From Pseudomonadota bacterium (GTDB lineage Bacteria > Pseudomonadota > Gammaproteobacteria > Burkholderiales > SG8-39), in the NCBI GenBank assembly GCA_021811085.1, contig JAJZPQ010000001.1, forward strand, positions 81,428 to 145,427: a DNA stretch of 64,000 bases, read 5' to 3'. The notes under the pieces are model-generated. The model was not told where the DNA came from. It did not search any database and saw nothing but the letters and a program-made list of their open reading frames with translations. Position numbers and translations under genes: made by a program. Below are positions 20,188 through 29,192 of this stretch, in pieces. How positions within the stretch are numbered: position 1 is the stretch's first letter; every line of letters begins with the position of its first letter.

Positions 20188-21459
20188 ATGGATCTGAGCC
20201 TGCAGATCGGCAAATACGATATCCGCAGGCAGCTCGGCAAGGGCGCGACCGGTACCGTGTATCTAGCCGTGGACACCTTTTCCGGCAAGGAAGTCGCGCT
20301 CAAGGTCATCGAGCCCGAGGTGTTCAAGGACCCCGAGTTCGGTTCGGTGTACCGCTCGCAGTTCCTCAATGAGGCTTCGCTCGCGGGCAAGCTCAAGCAC
20401 CCGCATATCGTGGGCATTCTCGATGCGGTGGTGCAGGAGGACTCCGGCCACATCGCGATGGAAGTGGTCGCCGGCGGCGACCTGTCGCAGCATGTCAGCG
20501 CCGACACGCTGCTGCCCGTCGCCGACGTGCTGCAGATCGGCTTCAAGTGCTGCGGCGCGCTCGCCTACGCGTTCAACGAGGGCATCGTCCACCGCGACAT
20601 CAAGCCGGCGAACATCATGATCGCGCAGGGCACCAACGTGAAAATCGCCGATTTCGGCGCGGCGCTGCTGCGCAAGGCGCAGGCGGTGCAGACGGCGAGC
20701 ATCGGTTCGCCTTATTACATGTCGCCGGAGCAGCTGGAGGAAGCGCCGCTCACGCACCACAGCGACATGTACTGCCTCGGCGTGGTGCTGTACGAACTGC
20801 TCACCGGACAACGGCCGTTCATGGCCGACAGCCTGCAGATGCTGGTCGAAAAGATACTGCACCAGCAGGCGGCGCCGCCGAGCAGCCTGCGCCCCACGCT
20901 GCCGAAGGAAATCGACCGCGTCGTATTGCGCGCCATGGGCAAGAAACCCGAGTTTCGCTACGAAACCTGGGCCGATTTCGCGCTCGCGCTCTCCGACGTG
21001 GGCAAGCTGGTGCTGCCGCCGGACGCGATCATGGACAGCGAGAAATACGTGGCGTTGAAGCGCGTGGAAATGCTGGCGAACCTTTCCGACGCAGAGCTGT
21101 GGGAGCTGACGAATGCCGGGCGCTGGACGCGCGTCGCGGCGAAGCAGGCCATCATCCGCGAGAACGAACCGGGCAAGAGCTTTTTCTTCCTCGCGCAGGG
21201 GCAGGTCAAGGTCACGCTGGACGGACATCTGCTCAACACGATCGGCGAAGGCGAGAGCTTCGGCGAAATGGCCTATATCCGCGGCGGCGTGATGCCGCGG
21301 CATGCGACGGTGGAGTCGATGACCGGCATCTTGCTCGCGGAATTCGAGCCCGAGGCGCTGGACCTGATGAGTCTGGGCGCGCAGCTGCAGCTCACCCGCG
21401 CCTTGGTGCGCAATCTCGTCGACCGGCTCGAACTGGCCAACGCGAGGCTCGCCAAGTGA
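20188..21459 (+). CDS. Ser/Thr protein kinase with C-terminal cyclic-nucleotide-binding domain
   Basis: GKGATG, VALK, HRDIKPAN, DFG, MSPEQ; C-terminal GESFGEMAY...PRHATV. Confidence 0.9.
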   Translation: MDLSLQIGKYDIRRQLGKGATGTVYLAVDTFSGKEVALKVIEPEVFKDPEFGSVYRSQFLNEASLAGKLKHPHIVGILDAVVQEDSGHIAMEVVAGGDLSQHVSADTLLPVADVLQIGFKCCGALAYAFNEGIVHRDIKPANIMIAQGTNVKIADFGAALLRKAQAVQTASIGSPYYMSPEQLEEAPLTHHSDMYCLGVVLYELLTGQRPFMADSLQMLVEKILHQQAAPPSSLRPTLPKEIDRVVLRAMGKKPEFRYETWADFALALSDVGKLVLPPDAIMDSEKYVALKRVEMLANLSDAELWELTNAGRWTRVAAKQAIIRENEPGKSFFFLAQGQVKVTLDGHLLNTIGEGESFGEMAYIRGGVMPRHATVESMTGILLAEFEPEALDLMSLGAQLQLTRALVRNLVDRLELANARLAK

Positions 21460-21503
21460 AAGTGAATAATTGCAGCCGTGTCTTAAACGCCGCCGGCGGA
21501 TTT

Positions 21504-21595
21504 GCGCGCTGCGCGCGCCAACCGCGTTTTCTGAACGGATGAAAAGCGCATCCGTTCAGAAAGCACGGTTATGGTTAAAAGCAAGAACAGGTTGG
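21504..21595 (+). repeat. ~90-bp dispersed repeat, copy 1
   Basis: Aligns by eye with the reverse complement of 23982-24072; core hairpin CTGAACGGATG-AAAAGCG-CATCCGTTCAG. Confidence 0.75.
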
Positions 21596-21750
21596 GGTTA
21601 TACAAGATCGTCGATTGCGCGCGGATGTGTTTTTCATCCGCGCGCAATCGGCGATCCGCGCGGACGGTTTCTCGTCCGCGCAATATCGCAGCCCTTCAAT
21701 AGCGGAAGGGACGATCTGAGTCCGCACGTATAGCGAGGGAAGGGTAGAGC

Positions 21751-22644
21751 ATGCCTAAGAACGTTGGAGTCATCGGCCTCGGCGCCATGGGCCTGGGGGT
21801 GGCGCGCTCGCTGCTGCGCGCGGGTTTCCGCACTCACGCCTGCGATGTGCGGCGCGAAGTGCTCGCTGCATTTGCTGCCGAAGGCGGCATCGCTTGCGCC
21901 ACGCCGGCGGAACTGGGCGCAGCCTGCGAGGTGGTGCTCACACTGGTGGTGAATGCGCAGCAGACGGAAAGCGTGCTGCTCGGCGCAGACGGCGCGGCCG
22001 GCGCGATGCGCGCGGGATCGGTGGTGATCGCGAGCGCCACCGTCGCACCCGAATTCGCCGAAACGCTCGCGTCCCGGCTCGCGGCGCTGGGCTTGGGCAT
22101 GATAGACGCGCCCGTTTCCGGCGGTGCGGCCAAGGCGGCCAGCGGCCAGATGACCGTGATGGCGGCAGGCAGCCCGGAGCATTTCGCCAAGGTCGACGAC
22201 GTGTTCAAGGCGATCGCGCAGAAAGTGTATCGTCTGGGCGACGCGCCCGGGGCGGGCTCCAAAGTGAAAATGATCAATCAACTGCTTGCCGGCGTGCACA
22301 TCGCCGCGGCGGCCGAGGCGATGGCCATGGGCATACGCGCCGGCGCCGATCCGGCCGTGCTGTACGAAGTGATATCGAACAGCGCGGGCTCATCGTGGAT
22401 GTTCCAGAACCGCGTGCCGCATATTCTTGCCGGCGACTACACGCCGCTGTCTGCGGTCAATATATTCGTCAAGGACCTCGGCATCGTGCTCGACACGGCG
22501 AAGAAGTCGGCGTTTCCCCTGCCGCTGACCGCGACTGCGCACCAGATGTTTCTGGCGGCCGCAGCCGCCGGCCGCGGCGGCGAGGACGATTCGGCCGTGA
22601 TCAAGAATTTCCCAGGCATAGAGCTGCCGCAGAAAAAGGGCTAG
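21751..22644 (+). CDS. ltnD: L-threonate dehydrogenase
   Basis: GLGAMG, DAPVSGG, KMINQLLAGVH, NRVPHILAGDYTPLSAVNIFVKDL; otn gene context. Confidence 0.9.
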   Translation: MPKNVGVIGLGAMGLGVARSLLRAGFRTHACDVRREVLAAFAAEGGIACATPAELGAACEVVLTLVVNAQQTESVLLGADGAAGAMRAGSVVIASATVAPEFAETLASRLAALGLGMIDAPVSGGAAKAASGQMTVMAAGSPEHFAKVDDVFKAIAQKVYRLGDAPGAGSKVKMINQLLAGVHIAAAAEAMAMGIRAGADPAVLYEVISNSAGSSWMFQNRVPHILAGDYTPLSAVNIFVKDLGIVLDTAKKSAFPLPLTATAHQMFLAAAAAGRGGEDDSAVIKNFPGIELPQKKG

Positions 22645-22647
22645 GTC

Positions 22648-23913
22648 ATGCTGCTCGGTTGCATCGCCGACGATTTCACCGGCGCTACCGACCTCGCCAA
22701 CAATCTGGTGCGCAGCGGCATGCGCACGCTGCAGACCATAGGCGTTCCCGCCGCGTCGCTGGCGGCGGATGTCGATGCCGTGGTGGTCGCGCTCAAGTCG
22801 CGCACCATTGCCGCGGACGCGGCGGTGGCGCAATCGCTGGCTGCGCTGGCATGGCTCAAGCGCGCCGGCTGCCGCCAGTTCTATTTCAAATACTGCTCGA
22901 CCTTCGACTCCACGCCGCAGGGCAACATCGGGCCGGTGGCCGAGGCGCTCATGGATGCGCTGGGCGCGAATATCGCCATCGCCTGCCCGGCATTCCCGAC
23001 CAATGCGCGCACCATCTACATGGGCAACCTGTTCGTGGGCGAAGTGCCGCTGTCGGAGTCCGGCATGCGCGATCACCCGCTCACGCCCATGACCGACGCA
23101 AATCTGGTGCGCGTGCTGCAGGCGCAGTCGCACGCCAGAGTCGGCCTGGTTCCCTGGACCGCCGTGGCTGCGGGCGAGGCGGCGATACGCGCGCGCTTCG
23201 CGGCACTCGTTACCGCAGGGGTACGCCTCGCGGTGGTCGATGCGCTCAGCGACACGGATTTGTATGCGATCGCCGCGGCCTGCGCCGACCACCCCCTGAT
23301 CACGGCGGGCTCGGGCGTCGCGCTCGGCCTGCCCGAGAATTTCCGTCGCGCGGGCCTGCTGCCGCAGCGCGCCGATGCGGCCGACTTGCCGCGCGTGCCG
23401 GGACTGGCCGCGGTGATCTCGGGCTCGTGCTCGCAGGCGACCAACGGTCAGGTTGAGCACTGGATCGCCTCCGGCCGCCCGGCGATCCGCATCGATCCCA
23501 TGGAAATCGCGCGCGGCGCGAACGTCGCCGCTGCGGCATTGCAGCAGGCCACCTCGCTCCTCGCCGGCGCGCCGGTACTGTTCTATGCCACGGCCGCGCC
23601 CGATGCAGTCAAGTCGGTGCAGGCCGAACTCGGCGTGGCCGAGGCCGGCGCCCTGGTCGAGCAGGCGCTGGCGGCGATCGCGCAGGGCCTGATTGCGCGC
23701 GGTGTGAAACGGCTGGTGGTCGCGGGCGGGGAGACCGCCGGTGCGGTGGTGCAGGCCTTGGGTGTCGCTGCGCTGAAGATCGGGCCGCAGATCGATCCCG
23801 GCGTGCCCTGGACCGCGACGCTGGGCGCGCAGACTATCCTGCTCGCACTCAAGTCGGGCAATTTCGGCAGCCGCGATTTTTTTGCGAAATCGCTGGCGCA
23901 GTTGGACGCGTGA
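22648..23913 (+). CDS. otnK: 3-oxo-tetronate kinase
   Basis: LGCIADDFTGATDLA, FKYCSTFDST, AGGETAGAVV, LKSGNFG. Confidence 0.92.
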   Translation: MLLGCIADDFTGATDLANNLVRSGMRTLQTIGVPAASLAADVDAVVVALKSRTIAADAAVAQSLAALAWLKRAGCRQFYFKYCSTFDSTPQGNIGPVAEALMDALGANIAIACPAFPTNARTIYMGNLFVGEVPLSESGMRDHPLTPMTDANLVRVLQAQSHARVGLVPWTAVAAGEAAIRARFAALVTAGVRLAVVDALSDTDLYAIAAACADHPLITAGSGVALGLPENFRRAGLLPQRADAADLPRVPGLAAVISGSCSQATNGQVEHWIASGRPAIRIDPMEIARGANVAAAALQQATSLLAGAPVLFYATAAPDAVKSVQAELGVAEAGALVEQALAAIAQGLIARGVKRLVVAGGETAGAVVQALGVAALKIGPQIDPGVPWTATLGAQTILLALKSGNFGSRDFFAKSLAQLDA

Positions 23914-23981
23914 AAATGCGCGATGACCCCAATCGAGATCTTCGTTGTTGCGGAGCCATGCTCTTGGATAAATGCAAACCC

Positions 23982-24072
23982 GAACCGCTTTTGTTTTTTA
24001 TTCATAACCATGTTTCCCGTGCGGATACGCTTTTCATCCGCGCGGAAAACACGGTTGGCGCGCGGAGCGCGC
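23982..24072 (-). repeat. ~90-bp dispersed repeat, copy 2 (inverted)
   Basis: Reverse complement GCGCGCTCCGCGCGCCAACCGTGTTTTCCGCGCGGATGAAAAGCGTATCCGCACGGG matches copy 1. Confidence 0.75.
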
Positions 24073-24130
24073 AATGGTCGCTCTTGGCATGCAGCGGCAT
24101 TGCGACGCCACACTTCGAGCTGAAAAGAGC

Positions 24131-24766
24131 ATGAACGAACACGCATTGCGCGAACAGATTTGCGAGCTCGGGCGCTCGATGTTCGAGCGCGGCCTCACCC
24201 ATGGCAGCACCGGCAACATCAGTGCCCGCTGCGACGACGGCTGGCTGCTCACGCCCACCGGATCCAGCCTGGGCAGGCTCGATCCGGCGCGCCTGTCCAA
24301 GCTCGACTGGCAGGGCAAGCTCATTTCGGGCGATCCGCCGTCGAAGGAAAACTTCCTGCACCTCGCGATGTACCAGGAGCGCAGCCGCAACCAGGCGGTG
24401 GTGCACCTGCACGCGACGCACTCGGTCGCCGTGTCGGTGCTGGAGGAAATCGACCCCGCCGACGTGCTGCCGCCGCTCACCGCCTATTACGTGATGCGCA
24501 TCGGCAGCCTGCCGCTGGTGCCTTACTATGCGCCCGGCGACATGGAACTCGCCCAGGCGGTGCGCGCTCTCGCCGGCAAGCACCACGCGCTGCTGCTCGC
24601 CAATCATGGGCCGGTGGTCGCGGGCAGCAGCCTCGCGGCCGCCGCCGACGCGGTGGAGGAACTCGAAGCCACTGCGCGCATCTACCTGCTGTTGCAGGGG
24701 CGGCGCGCGCGCATGCTCACGCCGGAGCAGGTCGCCGCCATCCGCCGCCGCTACCCCGCAGGCTAA
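24131..24766 (+). CDS. otnC: 3-oxo-tetronate 4-phosphate decarboxylase (class II aldolase)
   Basis: [30 protein letters not shown]. Confidence 0.9.
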   Translation: MNEHALREQICELGRSMFERGLTHGSTGNISARCDDGWLLTPTGSSLGRLDPARLSKLDWQGKLISGDPPSKENFLHLAMYQERSRNQAVVHLHATHSVAVSVLEEIDPADVLPPLTAYYVMRIGSLPLVPYYAPGDMELAQAVRALAGKHHALLLANHGPVVAGSSLAAAADAVEELEATARIYLLLQGRRARMLTPEQVAAIRRRYPAG

Positions 24767-24783
24767 ATACTCGGAAGAAAGCC

Positions 24784-25560
24784 ATGCCCAGATTCGCCGC
24801 CAACCTGTCGATGATGTACCAGGAACACGATTTCATGAATCGCTTCGGCGCCGCCGCGAAGGACGGATTCAAGGGCGTCGAATTCCTGTTTCCGTATGCC
24901 TACCCGGCGGCCGAGTTGCGCGCGCGCCTCACCGAGCACGGCCTGACCCAGGCGCTGTTCAACGGGCCTCCCGGCAATTGGGAGGCGGGCGAGCGCGGGC
25001 TCGCCTCGCTGCCCGGGCGCGAAGCCGAATTCAGGAAAAGCGTCGAAACTGCGCTGGAATACGCGCGCGTTCTCGGCAACGAGCGCGTGCACCTGATGGC
25101 GGGCCTGATCCGCCCGGGCGCAGAGCGCGCGCGCCATCGCGAGACCTACGTGCGCAATCTGGCCTATGCGGCGGCTGCCGCCTCCACGGCCGGCGTCACG
25201 GTCGTGATCGAGCCGATCAACACGCGCGACATTCCGGGATTTTTCCTCAATCGCCAGGACGACGCGCATGCGGTCTGCGCCGAAGTCGGCGCATCCAATC
25301 TCAAAGTGCAGATGGATTTCTATCACTGCCAGATCGTCGAGGGCGATCTGGCGATGAAGCTCAGGCAATACATCGGCGGCGTCGGCCATATCCAGATCGC
25401 GGGCGTGCCCGAGCGCCACGAACCCGACCTGGGCGAAATCAATTATCCTTACCTGTTCCGGCTCATGGACGAACTCGGCTACGCCGGCTGGGTCGGCTGC
25501 GAGTACCGCCCCAAAGCCGCGACCAGCGCCGGGCTCGGCTGGCTGCGGCCCTACCTATGA
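24784..25560 (+). CDS. otnI: 2-oxo-tetronate isomerase (Hyi family)
   Basis: [44 protein letters not shown]. Confidence 0.9.
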   Translation: MPRFAANLSMMYQEHDFMNRFGAAAKDGFKGVEFLFPYAYPAAELRARLTEHGLTQALFNGPPGNWEAGERGLASLPGREAEFRKSVETALEYARVLGNERVHLMAGLIRPGAERARHRETYVRNLAYAAAAASTAGVTVVIEPINTRDIPGFFLNRQDDAHAVCAEVGASNLKVQMDFYHCQIVEGDLAMKLRQYIGGVGHIQIAGVPERHEPDLGEINYPYLFRLMDELGYAGWVGCEYRPKAATSAGLGWLRPYL

Positions 25561-25570
25561 GCGGGCGCAG

Positions 25571-27184
25571 GTGAGCGCGCCTGAAGCGCAGCAGCCGGAC
25601 AGGGACGACCTGCTGCGCACGCTCGCCGACAATGTGCCGGCGATGATCGCGTATTACGAGCCGCAGCAGCTCAGGTGCGTGTTCGCCAACAAGCGCTACG
25701 CCGAGGCGAACGGCTGGAGCGTCGACACCATTCTCGGCAAGACCGTGCGCGAAGCGATCGGCGAGGAGGCATGGCGCCTGATCGAGCCGCAGGTCGCGCG
25801 CGTGCTCCAAGGCGAGAAAGTCGAGTACGTGCGCCCGATGACCCTGCCGGGCGGAGAGCAGCGCTTCATCGAGGTCAACCTGATCCCGCATTTCGACGAG
25901 CGCGCGCAAATGGTCGGCGCATTCGTGCTGATTACGGATATCACGCGGCATCAGGAAGCCGAGCGCGCGATCCGCGACAGCGAAGAGCGCATGCGCAAGT
26001 TTGCGGCGGCGACCAACGAGGGGATCTTCTTCCACAAGAACGGCGTGCTCACCGACGTCAACGACGCGCTGCGCGCGATCTCCGGCCATACGTGCGAGGA
26101 ATTGATCGGGCATAACACGCTGGAGTTCGTCGCGCCCGAGTGGGTGGAGGCGGCGACCGAGTACATGCGCGCCGAACGCGAAGACCCTTACGAAATCGAG
26201 CTGGTGCACAAGAACGGGCGCCACCTCGCGGTCGAGATCGTGGGCAAGAGCGTGCGCAGCAACAACGAAGTCTCGCGCATGGGCGTGGTGCGCGACATCA
26301 CCGCGCGCAAGCACGCCGAGGCGCGCATCCAGTATCTCGCGCACCACGACATGCTCACCGGCCTGCCCAACCGCGCCTACCTCACCGAACGGCTGACGAC
26401 GATCCTCGCGCTGGCGCGGCGCCATGGGACGCTGGTCGCGATCATGTTCATCGATCTGGACAACTTCAAGACCGTCAACGATTCGCTCGGACATCACGTG
26501 GGCGACGTGCTGCTGCAGCAGGTGGCTACGCGCATCAAGGAAGTGCTGCGCGAAGCGGACATGGTGTCGCGCCTCGGCGGCGACGAATTCCTCGCGATCC
26601 TGGCCGATTTCGCCGCGCCTGATGACGCGGCCAAGGTCGCGGAAAAGCTGCTGCAGGTGATCTCCGCCCCGATCGAGCTCGAAGGCCGCACGGTCTGCGC
26701 CAATGCGAGCATAGGCATTAGCGTGTTCCCGCGCGACGGCGACAATGCCGATGATCTGATCCGCCACGCCGACGCCGCCATGTACAGCGCCAAGGAGCGC
26801 GGCCGCGGCCACAGCCGGTTCTATACGCCGGGCCTGTCGGATGCGGCGGCCGAAACGCTGGCGCGGGAATCCCGCCTGCGCGAAGCGCTGCGGGCCGGGG
26901 AATTCGTGCTGTTCTACCAGCCGCAACTGCGCGTCGAAGACCAGCGCCTGATCGGGATCGAAGCGCTGGTGCGCTGGCGCCGGCGCCGCTCATTGGATGA
27001 CGATGTTGGCCTCGTGCGCGATCTTGAGCCATTTCTCGTAAATCGCTTCAACATGTATTCTCCTCCAAGGGTTAATATTGTTCCCGGACGACTTGCGACT
27101 GCCGTCGTTCTCGCGCGGACCACATGGTTACAGATTGGGCGCGCGACAGAAGGGACTACCCTTGCGGTAAAGACGGCGCAATAA
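25571..27184 (+). CDS. PAS-PAS-GGDEF protein with truncated EAL domain
   Basis: Two PAS repeats, HDMLTGLPNR, RLGGDEF; the EAL domain stops after YQPQ...EALVRW (~26977) and reads into unrelated sequence. Confidence 0.8.
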   Translation: MSAPEAQQPDRDDLLRTLADNVPAMIAYYEPQQLRCVFANKRYAEANGWSVDTILGKTVREAIGEEAWRLIEPQVARVLQGEKVEYVRPMTLPGGEQRFIEVNLIPHFDERAQMVGAFVLITDITRHQEAERAIRDSEERMRKFAAATNEGIFFHKNGVLTDVNDALRAISGHTCEELIGHNTLEFVAPEWVEAATEYMRAEREDPYEIELVHKNGRHLAVEIVGKSVRSNNEVSRMGVVRDITARKHAEARIQYLAHHDMLTGLPNRAYLTERLTTILALARRHGTLVAIMFIDLDNFKTVNDSLGHHVGDVLLQQVATRIKEVLREADMVSRLGGDEFLAILADFAAPDDAAKVAEKLLQVISAPIELEGRTVCANASIGISVFPRDGDNADDLIRHADAAMYSAKERGRGHSRFYTPGLSDAAAETLARESRLREALRAGEFVLFYQPQLRVEDQRLIGIEALVRWRRRRSLDDDVGLVRDLEPFLVNRFNMYSPPRVNIVPGRLATAVVLARTTWLQIGRATEGTTLAVKTAQ

Positions 27185-27196
27185 AGGAGAATTCAG

Positions 27197-28558
27197 ATGA
27201 CGGGCTTGACCGATAGCATCGCGCATTTCGTGAGCGCGGGCACCACCGTTCCGGAAGAAGCGGCGCGCATCGTGCGCACCGGCTTCATCGACACCATTTC
27301 CACCATGATCGCGGGCAGAAACGAGCCCGTGGTGGGCATCGTGCGCGAGTTCGTGGCGGCGCGGCGCTCGACGGCGCAGGAGGCGCGCGTGCTGTTCGGT
27401 GCCGAGCGTGTCGCCGCCGCGGATGCCGCGCTGATCAACGCCACGGCGGCGCACGCACTCGATTACGACGACGTCGCGCTCGGCGGACATCCGAGCACGG
27501 TATTGGTGCCGGCGATCCTGGCCGAAGGCGAGCATCTGGGCGCATCCGGCGCGGATGCCTTGCGCGCCTATCTGGTCGGGTATGAAGTCTGGGCCGAGTT
27601 GCTTGCGCGCGAACCCGACGCCTATCATCTCAAAGGCTGGCATCCGACCGCGGTGATGGGCACGGTGGGCGCGGCGGCCGCCGTGGCGCATCTGCACAAG
27701 CTGTCACCGCAGCAATGCCGCAATGCGCTCGCGCTCGCGGCGAGCATGGCGAGCGGGCTGGTCGCGAATTTCGGCACCATGACCAAGCCGCTGCATGCCG
27801 GCCGCGCCGCGTCCTGCGCAATCGAAGCCGTGCGCCTCGCGGCGCTGGGCCTGACCGCTGCGCCCGACGCGTTCGAGCATCACGCCGGGTACCTTGCCGC
27901 GCTCTCGCCCAAGGGGCGCGCCGAACGCGAGCGCCCGGTCTCCGGCCTGGGCAAGCAACTGCGCATCCTCAACACCGGCTTGTCGATCAAGAAATACCCG
28001 ATGTGCTATGCCACGCACCGCGTGATCGACGCGGTGCTCGACCTCGCCGCGGCCAACGACGTGAAGGCGCAGGACATCAAACAGGTCGACGCCACCATAG
28101 GCGTGGCGCAGGCCTCGATGCTGCGCAACCATGCGCCCGCAACCGGGCTCGAAGCCAAGTTCAGCCTGGAATTCGCCGTCGCCTCCGCGCTGGTCGCGCG
28201 CAAAGTCGGGCTGGCGCAGCTCACCGACAAATTCGTGGCCGAGGCGCCGGTGCGTGAGGCGATGGGCAAGGTGAAAATCGCTACCGTGGACACGAGCTGC
28301 CCGATCGAGCCGATATTCTCGCTGACCGACCGCGTGGTACTGGAACTGAAAGACGGACGCAAACTCGATTCGGGGGAGGTACGCTTTGCGCGCGGCAACG
28401 CCAAGCTGCCGCTCAAGGACGAGGAACTCAAGACGAAATTCCTCGACTGCGCTGCGGGCGCGGGCAAGCTTGATGCAGGCGGCTTGTACCGGGCCTTAAC
28501 CAAGCTGGGCGAACAGGCGAGCTTGCGCCAGCTCGGGGTGAGCACCGTGGCCGCCTGA
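27197..28558 (+). CDS. MmgE/PrpD family protein
   Basis: AHALDYDD, GHPS, GWHPT, TKPLHAG, KKYPMCYATH. Confidence 0.9.
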   Translation: MTGLTDSIAHFVSAGTTVPEEAARIVRTGFIDTISTMIAGRNEPVVGIVREFVAARRSTAQEARVLFGAERVAAADAALINATAAHALDYDDVALGGHPSTVLVPAILAEGEHLGASGADALRAYLVGYEVWAELLAREPDAYHLKGWHPTAVMGTVGAAAAVAHLHKLSPQQCRNALALAASMASGLVANFGTMTKPLHAGRAASCAIEAVRLAALGLTAAPDAFEHHAGYLAALSPKGRAERERPVSGLGKQLRILNTGLSIKKYPMCYATHRVIDAVLDLAAANDVKAQDIKQVDATIGVAQASMLRNHAPATGLEAKFSLEFAVASALVARKVGLAQLTDKFVAEAPVREAMGKVKIATVDTSCPIEPIFSLTDRVVLELKDGRKLDSGEVRFARGNAKLPLKDEELKTKFLDCAAGAGKLDAGGLYRALTKLGEQASLRQLGVSTVAA

Positions 28559-28634
28559 CCGATCCTGCTAGCCAGAAACGGGAAATGGGCCCAGACTAAA
28601 GCGCTATTCAATCGCAGTTCAATTGGAGGTTTCC

Positions 28635-28781
28635 ATGAGTCACGCAAGCATGCTGAAGACCAGACGGGCAAAGCAAAGAACCAGGAAGGATCTCGCGGGG
28701 ATCGCCAAGCACGCGAAGAAGGCGAAGCGGGAGGAGGTCAAGGCGGCCGCCGCGGACGCCGCGAAGAAGCAGTCCAGCTAG
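28635..28781 (+). CDS. Small basic hypothetical protein (48 aa)
   Basis: RBS GGAGG 5 nt before ATG; MSHASMLKTRRAKQRTRKDLAGIAKHAKKAKREEVKAAAADAAKKQSS*; fits between neighbours without overlap. Confidence 0.6.
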   Translation: MSHASMLKTRRAKQRTRKDLAGIAKHAKKAKREEVKAAAADAAKKQSS

Positions 28782-28786
28782 TCCTC

Positions 28787-29131
28787 ATGGCGACGCCCAA
28801 TGCGATCGATCTGAGCCACAAGCAAGCGCTGGATGCCGTGCTGCTGAAACTCCCGGGTGTGGAAGCGGGAGAGATGACCGGCCTGTTCGCCTATTTCGTC
28901 GGCAAGAGGATGTTCGCCTGCGTCTGCAATGGTGGCGTAGGGGTAAGGCTCTCCGCCGCCGCCGCCGCAAATCTGCAGTTCTCCAAGGACAATGTCGTCC
29001 CGTTCGAACCCAAGGGCAGGAAGAGCACCCGGGAATGGATACAGATCAATCACGCGGATTCCGCCGATTACGCGAACGATCTGGAAATCTTTGAGTCCTC
29101 CATCGCGTTCGTCCGGGCCGCAAAGGGCTAG
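28787..29131 (+). CDS. TfoX N-terminal/YjbR-like small protein
   Basis: GEMTGLFAYFVGKRMFACV...VRL and EWIQI pattern. Confidence 0.55.
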   Translation: MATPNAIDLSHKQALDAVLLKLPGVEAGEMTGLFAYFVGKRMFACVCNGGVGVRLSAAAAANLQFSKDNVVPFEPKGRKSTREWIQINHADSADYANDLEIFESSIAFVRAAKG

Positions 29132-29192
29132 ACTGCGATGAAATACCGGGTGGACCACCTGAGCGCGGCCGCCTGGTCCTGATTCGTGACGC

